Shown here piece after piece: positions 54,273 to 64,000 of a DNA stretch of 64,000 bases. The stretch lies in NCBI GenBank assembly GCA_012295275.1, contig CM022670.1:3844001-3908000 (forward strand). Reading direction: 5' to 3'. The notes below the pieces were generated by a model. That model was given only the letters and a program-made list of their open reading frames with translations. It made no database searches and had not been told where the DNA came from. How positions within the stretch are numbered: the first letter of the stretch is position 1; each line of letters starts with the position of its first letter. Source of the stretch: Chrysomallon squamiferum. Lineage: Eukaryota > Animalia > Mollusca. Both the position numbers and the translations under genes were made by a program.

Positions 54273-55378
54273 ATAAATGAGTTAAACTATTTGAATTACG
54301 CTGAGGACAGACATAATAAGACTGCAGACTCGAACGTGACGTATGGACGTAGAAGATAAGATCTTGAGGAGATTTCGGTAAATAAGAAGAAATAAATGTT
54401 TCAGACCGTCTGCTCATTGGAGCATTTTGAAGGGATATGTAAACAATATGTAAAAAACAACCCAATATGTACTTTTAAATGCAGATAACCTAATTTGGAA
54501 CTCAAACATTTTTTTTTTTTTTTTTTTTTTAAATTCCGAAGAAGAAGGAAAATAGGAATTGCCCCCCCAAAAAGAAAAAAGAAATTCATCCACAAAAACA
54601 TAGAAGGAAAGAATTAAAGAAAAGGAAAAACTATCGAAAGAAAGAAAGAAAAAGAGAAAGAAAAAATACAAAAAACATACACTAGTATCTAACATGTATA
54701 TTATATGTGTAATTATATATAAACATTGATATGCGTATATCTAACTGTGTATGTATGTAAGTATATATGTATGTGTATCTATGTGCATGGGTGTATGTAT
54801 GTATGTCTACGGGTGTATCTATGTGTGTATGTGTGTATACTTATGTATGGATGGATGGATGAATGTACGTATTATATATGTACGCATGTACGTGTTTATG
54901 TATGTATCTATACATCATGCATATATGTAAATACGTATGTTTAATATTGACTTTAATACTTTTTCCGCCCATCACTCAAGCAGCGAACATAAAGGTAATC
55001 TCTCTCCCTCACTCTCCCCCCTTCCCTCTAATCCTAGCGTCTGCGTTCAAGCTGTATCCGCTCATAAATTGTAACTGACTGAAGGTCAAGGAATGAACAG
55101 AAAGGAGAAAAACTTGTATAAATCAAATACTTTGACCGTACACTCCTTTTTTTTTTTTTTTTTTTTTTAACTAACCCAGAAAACAAGGTCATTCATTCAA
55201 CCTCGTGTCCATCTTCATTCTGCTTTGCTTACTCTCACAATGTCTCTATTTATAAAATGAAAAAAAAAATATGTTATATGAACTGAATGGGTATAAAAAT
55301 TCTTTTTTTTTTTTTTTTTTGTGTCTCTTAGCGATGGAATTTATGGTGTATCGGAATCATAGCGTGGGCGATAACCAA

Positions 55379-55423
<45 letters not shown>

Positions 55424-56028
55424 CAGGATAAGGAATCTCTCTTATTCTGTGGGCGGTTAAACGATAAGGGTTTTTTCCTTCGGCACGATTTTTAAGAACG
55501 ATCTACATTTTTATTTATTTATTTTTTTTTTATTTTTTATTTTTAATATTAATCGGCTAAATTTTTATTTCTTCTATAACTTTGTATTTTCAAAAGTCTG
55601 CAAGTAATATTTTAAATGCATTTTCTGTTTGTTTGAAAAGCGCAAACTATGTCTTAGTCTTTGTATTTAAAAAATATAATTATGAGAAAGATACCGGAAA
55701 CAGCTCAAAGTGCGCAGAGTATTATGTGTCATACGAGAACTCTAACCACAGAACCCCTGTTTCCTCTTTTACTCAATAAAACCAGAATGAATCGACTTCA
55801 TAATGTCAAGTTGTGCTGAGGATAAGAAGAAGAACAAGAAGAAGAAGCAGAAGAAACATAAAGAAGATGAAAGTCAACTGAACGATAAAATGCTACAATT
55901 TTTTTATTATTTCATTTGCGGATATGTTTATTTCTGTTTCAGAATGTATGACTGTCCGTCTGTCTGTATCTTTTTTTCTCTTCTCATATATAATATATAA
56001 TCTGTTTGTATGTATTACTCTTTAAGTA

Positions 56029-56084
<56 letters not shown>

Positions 56085-56374
56085 CAATATTTTGTTTGTA
56101 CCTTATACCAAAATAACTTCGTATAAACGTATATTACGTGTAAAATTAGGTATATATGACAGCTTGTTTTCATATTTGTATGTTTGTATCTGTGAATGTC
56201 TGTATGTCTGTGTGTGTGTAAATTTGTATGTAAGTGTCGTTGCATGTACGTACGCGTGAATGTATGAATATGGGTATGTATGTATGAATGTATGTATGTA
56301 TATATGTATTTATACAGGTGTGTAAGCATGCATGTATGAGTACATGTTTATACGTATGTATGTATATAGGTATA

Positions 56375-56410
<36 letters not shown>

Positions 56411-57279
56411 TGTATGTATGTATGTATGTATGTATGTTCGCATCTTCGTATGTATATATGTCTATGCAGTATGTATGTCTATATGAGGCTCTCTATTTAT
56501 TTGGGTGAGTTTTGTATTTATGCACAAACGTTTGCGAGAATGCGAGTACTTGTTTTTCCGTGATACTGAAATAACTTTTAATAACCCACGGTATTTAACC
56601 TAATTGCATTTGCCAATTCCCCCCCCCCCCACAGAAATCATTTAACACTGAACACAGAGTAAACACTACGTACGATATTGGCAGGATGCCCGTATCATAT
56701 CACTCCGTAATGTACACAGCGTTTGCTGTGTGTAATCCGGGCTTTACGAGCAGGTGGCCTGGCTGGCTGGCTGGCTTCTTGCCTATTCATTACACCTGTA
56801 TCAAGTATGTCAGAAATCGTTACATCAAGTCCCGTGGTGTGAATGCGCCTTAAAAGCAAAATGAATGGCGTCGGTATTTAGTGTCAGGCGGACAGATAGG
56901 ACGCAGATAAGACAAATTTTCTAGGAAAACCTAGATCAAACAATCGGTGTGGTTCACACGTGGTGAGAATGACGTGTATGTGTAAAGAGATAAAGTTACG
57001 TATCTTCGTCACGAATCTGCCGACGTGAGCTGGGTGATAACTGCTATCAGTACAAAAGTTACCTGTGTGCAGGTATGTCATTATGACGTCATTGGGTCAC
57101 CGTGGATTTTTAGGCCGTGTGACAAGATGCAGGCGCGATAAGAAGAAGAAGAAGAAGAAGAAGAAGATAATCGATCTTCTGACTGCGGGTTTTGTGTTTA
57201 AAGAAAGCGTTAACGAGAAAACAGGTTAATGACGCAGAACTGAGCGGTGGGCGTTCCTAATGTACACCCCCCCCGACAC

Positions 57280-57280
<1 letters not shown>

Positions 57281-57315
<35 letters not shown>

Positions 57316-57521
57316 TTTTATTTTATTTTATTTTATTTATTTTATTTTATTTTATTTTATTTTATTTATTTATTTGTTTTATTTGTTTTATTTATTTATT
57401 TGTTTATTTATTTTATTTTATTTCATTTATATAATTTTGTTTCTTTATTCATTTTATTTACATATTTATTTCTTTATTTATTTTATTTTATTTTATTTAT
57501 TTATTTATTTTTTTTTTTTTT

Positions 57522-57550
<29 letters not shown>
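57281..57550. repeat. (TTTA)n/(TTTTA)n low-complexity tract
   Basis: Directly visible. Confidence 0.9.
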
Positions 57551-57553
<3 letters not shown>

Positions 57554-58168
57554 ATATTTATTTTGTTTTTGTTTTAATTTGCTTTTGTTTTTTGGGGGTT
57601 TGGGGGGATTTTTTTAGCTAATAGAGATCTATTTTTTATTCTTGTTTTATTATTATTATTATTACCGATTCTGATGGGGCCATTTTCTATGAAATGAAAC
57701 TCGTCTTATTTTTACAGTCACTTTTATCGCATTAATATCATCCTCAACTCCCCTTTTTCTGAAACCTGGACCCCCCCATGCAGTCGTGACGTCGTAGACA
57801 AGACGTTAATTTATGGTTTTCAATGTCACCCATGATCTCGCAAAAGCAGATGCATTGATAATGTATTACGTGAAAAGATAAATTCAAAACGAGCATCAGA
57901 GGATTATACTTAGAAAGGAGCCTATCCTATGTTTCGATCCTAATATCTGTCAAGTTTTAAATTCATAGGCTTAGCCTTCTTGTGTCGAAACCATTTATTT
58001 TACGTCATGAGTTTAAGCTATCGGTTTTCAAATGTGGATATTTTATATAATGTCAAGCATAATAAACAACGCTTGATTATATGCTCGAAAATATATTTAT
58101 ATATCAGAAAAGTAAAGAATGTATAAACCCTAATCCATATATAAATAGACAGATATACATAGAGATAA

Positions 58169-58225
<57 letters not shown>

Positions 58226-58819
58226 CTCTTGTGTGTGTGATAGAAAGAAAGATGAAAGAAGACATAGGAAAAAAGAGAGGGATAGATGGAGATAGAAACT
58301 GAAAAAAATAAATAATAAGAACCATGATGATGATAACAATTATAATAATTATAACAATAATAATAACAATAACAATAGTAATAATAACACAACAATGACA
58401 ACACTAACAATAAGATGCGATGAGAATGAAGGATAAAGTTATACTAAAGCAAAAAACAATGACAGAGATACAATGTGAAGATTAAAATTTGCGTTACTAA
58501 AATAACAATGTAAACCCAAGCAAACGGAAAATATCTGTTTAATAATCGTGTCGCAGTTTTCTGTTATTAAATTTCGTTTAATTATAATGGTTTGCCTTCG
58601 TGTGACATTTAACGCATGTAATCATTTATTTCATATTAACAGATAATATTATTATCTAATATACATAGGATAGTACGTGTCCATATTATCACGTGTCATA
58701 TAACATAGTTTGTAAAATATGTATATATAATATAAGCATTTACATCTTCCAGGTCATATACGTATGTATGTCTGTGTGTGTTTATGCATGTGTGTGCACA
58801 TACCCACATACATATATTA

Positions 58820-58923
58820 AGATAGATAGACAGACAGACAGACAGATAGACAGACAGTCAGACAGATAGACAGACAGACAGATACATAGATAAATACATA
58901 GATAGATAGATAGATAGATAGAC

Positions 58924-58997
<74 letters not shown>

Positions 58998-59030
58998 GTA
59001 GGTCGATAGGTCGATAGACAGACAGATAGA
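58820..59030. repeat. (GATA)n/(GACA)n microsatellite
   Basis: Directly visible. Confidence 0.93.
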
Positions 59031-59331
59031 TGCATGTTTGTCTTTCTTTCGAGTGCACTCATTACACTCAAAGCAGCACACTATTTCGAAACAGTACGCC
59101 CCTGTTTTGCAATTTCAGTTTGGGATAACAATATCCCTTATCGTTTTTCTCGATACCTGACAACGGTGTGATACGAAACCATGTCCTTTAGCGTTAGCTT
59201 TGTCCCCAGGAGTTCTTCTGATGTTTTATGAATGCTTGATCCCGTGACCTCACAAAAAATGTACAGAGCCACTCCTGTAAGAAAACTTTGCATATGAATA
59301 GCCACAGAAGTAACCTTATAGGTCACACGTC

Positions 59332-59365
<34 letters not shown>

Positions 59366-62300
59366 GACTACTTGAGAACGTACACAGACGACTTAGCAGT
59401 TTAAAGGTGAATGAAAACAGGCAGAGCTATTTGCACTGAATACGTAAAAATGTACAGTTTTGTGTAAAGAAGGGTTGTTTGTTATAGCGTCACGAAGCGT
59501 GGCTTTACGTCACGGTTTGATGGTCGTCTGTCTTGTACGCTACTCCATTTTACCGGACTAAGGTTTCAAACCTGTTCGGCGGACTTTTTCATTGTGACCT
59601 AATTCATTATCCATTCATAAGTAATAGTAAGAAGAAGAAGAAGAAGAGAAAGAAAAGGAAGAACTAATACTACTAATAGTAGTTGTTGTAATAACAGTAG
59701 TAGTAGTAATAAGTAGTAGTAGGAGAAGAAGACGAAGACAGTATGGATTATGATGATGGTTATAATCAAAGAAAAGGAAACAAATGAAGCAATAGCAATA
59801 AAAATAATTATTTTATTTCGTTGTTGTTGGTGTTTTTTATGTGTGTGGTTTTTTGTTTTTTGTTTTTTATTTTATAATAAATGAGGAGTAAAATGTTATA
59901 ATGAAACTTTATTCGATTTTTATTATAATTTTCTTAATTTCTCCATAAGTTCTTTTTTTTTCCCTTCTTCTTCTTTAAAGCTCTAAAATTTGATCGCCTT
60001 TTTCCTTAAGGTATCGTATTTCTGATTTTTTTGTTCTCCACATTCCTTCTGTTAGCACTCATATTTCTAATTCGCTGTCTTTCACTTCACGATCCTTCAA
60101 AACCATTTTACCTTTACTCTAAGTCTACTCGTCCGTGGGTGGGGCTAACCTGGAGGAAGAACCGAGGCGTGACGAGTCTCTAGATCGATCCTGCTCTGTC
60201 TTACCACTGACCTTCATCCTGTTCTATGATTTCTTGTTTGTCAAAGGTGTGTGCTTTAATGTTTAGGAAGGGCAAAAGTGAAATATGCGCTGATAAGAGA
60301 AACCCGCTGACAATTAGTACTTCTCCCCTCTTTTATGACGATATTAAAGTATGTTTATGGTAAGTAAATGCTCATACTGAATGCTCCTTTTTAAGTTATT
60401 ATCTATGATTTCTATTTATTTGTTTGTTTGTTTGTTTGTTTGTTTGTTTGTGTAATAAATCCATTCTTTATGTCATTTTCAATTTCCATTTCGTTAATTA
60501 TTCTTGTTGAATCTTTCTGGATTCAGTTTAGTCTGACTGTGTTAACGCGGCTTACTCTGTGTGTTCATTATCTCCCATCTCTGTTGTTGTTGTTGTTTTC
60601 TTTGGGGGTTTTCCTCATTAGCACATTACTGTGTCATTTGATATCCACTTTACCTTCACACATCTCTTTACAAATAACCATTCTCACACTACACACTGTT
60701 CTTTTGATACGTCTACTATCATATCAGACTGTGCAGTTTTCAAATCTTACCATCTTTTCTTTATTACCACAGTCTCTCTCTCTTTCCTTCATTCACATAT
60801 GCTGTGTTACAATTCCACCAGACTGTTCTCTCCACATTTTATCAAACTCTTCTTCTTTCAGTCTTACTTCACTCTTCTTCGTCTTTCTATCTTCGGTATC
60901 CTATGCTTCATTTTTTTTTTTTTTTTTTTTTTTTTCACTGTTATCTCTCCCTCGTGTAACCTTGCTTTGCAACCTTTCAAATTACTATACATTTCGATTT
61001 TAAGAGGGGAAAGGAAATACTCTCCCATTTTACTCATTAACTCGCCTTTGTGTTAATGTTATAAACTGCGCTTAACGATTATGCTTTATCGTCACATCCT
61101 TCCTCCTACCTACCTGCCATTCCTCGTGAGACTTTAGCCACATGTTCTTAGCTTAAATGTATTTTTCTACGTCTAGGGCTAAACGTATATAATAACGAGG
61201 ATTATGCCGTTCATCGCTAAAGTATAAAGTGTTGCCCTTCTTCTGACCTTTTCGACATCTTCTTTCACAACGAGACAGTCTTTAAAAGAGTGAAGATATT
61301 TATATTTTTTTCCCCACTGCGTTCCTCTTTACAATATCAGATGTGATTGATTCCACCTTTTCTCCCATTCCATCTTGACTCCATCAGTGTTGCCTTATAA
61401 CGCTATTCTCTTCACATGTTCCCGTTGTTAGCACATTTTTGCCATTAGATGTTTCCATTAGATCTTCACTTCTTGCGGCCTAAAAGCGAACGATCAAACA
61501 TATTAAAAAAATAAAAACTTGAACGAGCTACTGGCTTTGGTATTCAGTTCATATTACATTTATGTTCGGTTTTTGGATATTTGCATATGGCACGAATGTA
61601 TGGATGTTTGGTTGAGTATGTATATGTATGTGTACTTATGTTTTTGTTATGTATTTGTGAGTGCGCGTGTATGTGTGTGCATGTATATATGTATATATAT
61701 ATATCTGTATGTGTATATGTGTGTTTGTTTGTGTGTCTCTGTGTGTGTATATAGACACACACACAAACGTTTATATGATTTGTATGTATTTGTGTGTGTG
61801 CATAAAAGCACCTATGTATGTCTGACTGTCTATCTGTCTGTCTGTCTGTCTGTATGTAGATCTATGTCAAAGTCTGTGTGTATTCAGGAAATTATTTTTT
61901 ATGTGTCTGCGTGTGTGTATGATAAGTTATGTGAAAACTTTTTCAGTCGCAGAAGACCAAAAAAAATTCATCTGTAAGCAACAACCTGTTTATCAGCGAG
62001 GCGTCCAGACTGTTAGTTCAAATTTGGTAAATTTCGTCTTCGTCTGTTTGGGTTTCTTCTGCCAATTACCGTATTCCCGCTGTTTTTAATGGCGTCTGCA
62101 GGTGCTAGGGAGCATCTGAGAACGAGGTCAAAGGACTGAACGAAATGTCAGAACGTTTCTGACTGGTTGCCTATCAACAGGTGCTCTCTAACGCCAGGTG
62201 GTGGTCTGTCGAGGCAGGTTTGTTTGTCAACAGGTACAGCTATTGTTTTCCATTCCGGTACAGACGACCTCAGTGCTATCAGTTTACGGTCAGGACCCTG

Positions 62301-62580
62301 CTAAGCTGGGATGTGTCTCATCGATCGCACACAGCGCTTTCGGAGATAGTGGTGGTGTCGAAATCGGGATCGAATCCGAGCAGAGAATAAGAGGATTTTT
62401 TTAATTTTTTTTTATAAAATACATATTTTAATGGTTGAGTGTTATTATAATAGAGAAGATCATAGAACTGCTTATTTCCTTTCGTATATATTTACTTTCT
62501 AACTTACTTTTTTTTATGTAGAAAATTTCATGTTGCTGGATTTTTATTATTAATATTTATTATTATTATTTTTATTATTA

Positions 62581-62631
<51 letters not shown>

Positions 62632-63211
62632 TTTGTGTGTGCAAGATAATTTTCTCTCTCTCTAAATTTCTATGTATGTGTATGCATGAATGTGTATATT
62701 TGTTTATGTACGTATTTATGTATGTACGTTTATTTGTTTGTGTATGGATGGGTATGGATATATGAGCATATTAATGAGTGTACTTGTAAGTGTTATGCTG
62801 TTAATACTAATACTTTCATTGCTGGGCTATTTAATTAAAATAAACTGGACACTGCTGTGTTTTCAGTTAAATACTTCCAGTATGTATATTAATACACAAG
62901 TAAACTCTGGCTATTAATAAACGGCCATTGTGATAAGGTATGCCCCACTGGATGTAAATAAATATGTGATAATTTATCTTAAGTTAAATTCATATGAATC
63001 CAGTGAGGGAAAGTTTTAAAGAGCCGTAGAAAGTTTTATTTGAGGTTTATTGGAAAAAGCTAATAAAAGAAATTAACTGTGGCGCTAGAAATAACTGTGT
63101 GTATGACGTGCACAGCTGATGACTGATTGTCGTTGTTTGTTGAGAGAAGAAGAAAGAAAGAGTAACAAATGGAAACGCATGATACGATAAGATAGTATAA
63201 ACAGAAAGAAA

Positions 63212-63215
<4 letters not shown>

Positions 63216-63299
<84 letters not shown>

Positions 63300-63344
63300 A
63301 AGAGAGAGAAAGAAAGAGAGAGAGCAAGAAAAAGAGAGAAAGAA

Positions 63345-63413
<69 letters not shown>

Positions 63414-63526
63414 GAAAGAGAGAGAGCAAGAAAAAGAGAGAAAGAAAGAGAGAGAGAGAGAGAGAGAGAGCAAGAGAGAAAGAGAGAGAGCAAGAAAGAG
63501 AGAGAAAGAGAGAAAGAAAGAGAGAG

Positions 63527-63598
<72 letters not shown>
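63216..63598. repeat. Long polypurine (GA)n/(GAAA)n tract with internal duplications
   Basis: About 380 nt almost exclusively purine on the plus strand; gcaagaaaaagagagaaagaaagagag recurs. Confidence 0.95.
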
Positions 63599-63601
<3 letters not shown>

Positions 63602-64000
63602 GGGCACAGAAGAGAGAGACATAAATAAATAAAATAGATAACAGAACGGAAGCACAGACCATAATAATAATAACAACATCAACTACTACTATTATTGATA
63701 TTTCTACTACTACTACTACTAACGATAATAATAATAATAATAATACTATTAAAAATAATAATAAATATTAGAAGAAGAATTTAATGATCTAATCATAAAT
63801 ATACCATCGCTTTTTCCTCAATGTTTTCCGGGTTTCAAGACACACAAATACACACTTCACGATAGCTGTATTTCCTGGTTCACTCAGTTATGCAGAAAAT
63901 GTTAATTAATATATTAAATACGTCATTTCCCACTCCACTGCGCATTACTTTATGTTTAATATCTGTATATTATACACTTCAACTATATTGATCGTTGCAA

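Noticed and set aside
60428-61056. 191-aa and 141-aa hydrophobic ORFs
   Set aside because: Pyrimidine-rich low-complexity sequence that lacks stops by composition; non-ATG starts and no homology recognised.
63047-63682. 200+ aa SL/RE-repeat ORFs
   Set aside because: Translations of the (GA)n tract.

Overview
Eukaryotic (animal) genomic DNA: AT-rich, intron-rich and full of microsatellites, probably from an invertebrate such as a gastropod mollusc (inferred from composition and a SINE-like remnant, not established). Two spliced transcription-factor genes can be reconstructed by hand with consistent GT-AG boundaries and reading phases. One is a GLIS2-type five-finger C2H2 zinc-finger gene on the minus strand (core exons 599-3360, probable further exons to 6161, about 545 aa). 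The other is a TFAP4/AP-4 bHLH-leucine-zipper gene on the plus strand (4 exons, 33179-40025, 352 aa). They lie head-to-head, the same arrangement as human TFAP4-GLIS2. Between them are a CpG-rich divergent promoter zone, a 342-bp TIR MITE and a local tandem duplication. The right third (about 44.7-64 kb) has no recognisable coding exon and is comparatively CpG-rich with many (CT/GA)n tracts. Almost all other ORFs in the track are microsatellite artefacts. No prokaryotic-type system, CRISPR array, rRNA or tRNA was seen. The best leads are the apparently ancient GLIS2-TFAP4 divergent pair with candidate auto-regulatory sites, an in-frame alternative donor in the ZF3-ZF4 linker resembling WT1 +KTS, RFX X-boxes at GLIS2, and a nested inverted-repeat structure in a GLIS2 intron.
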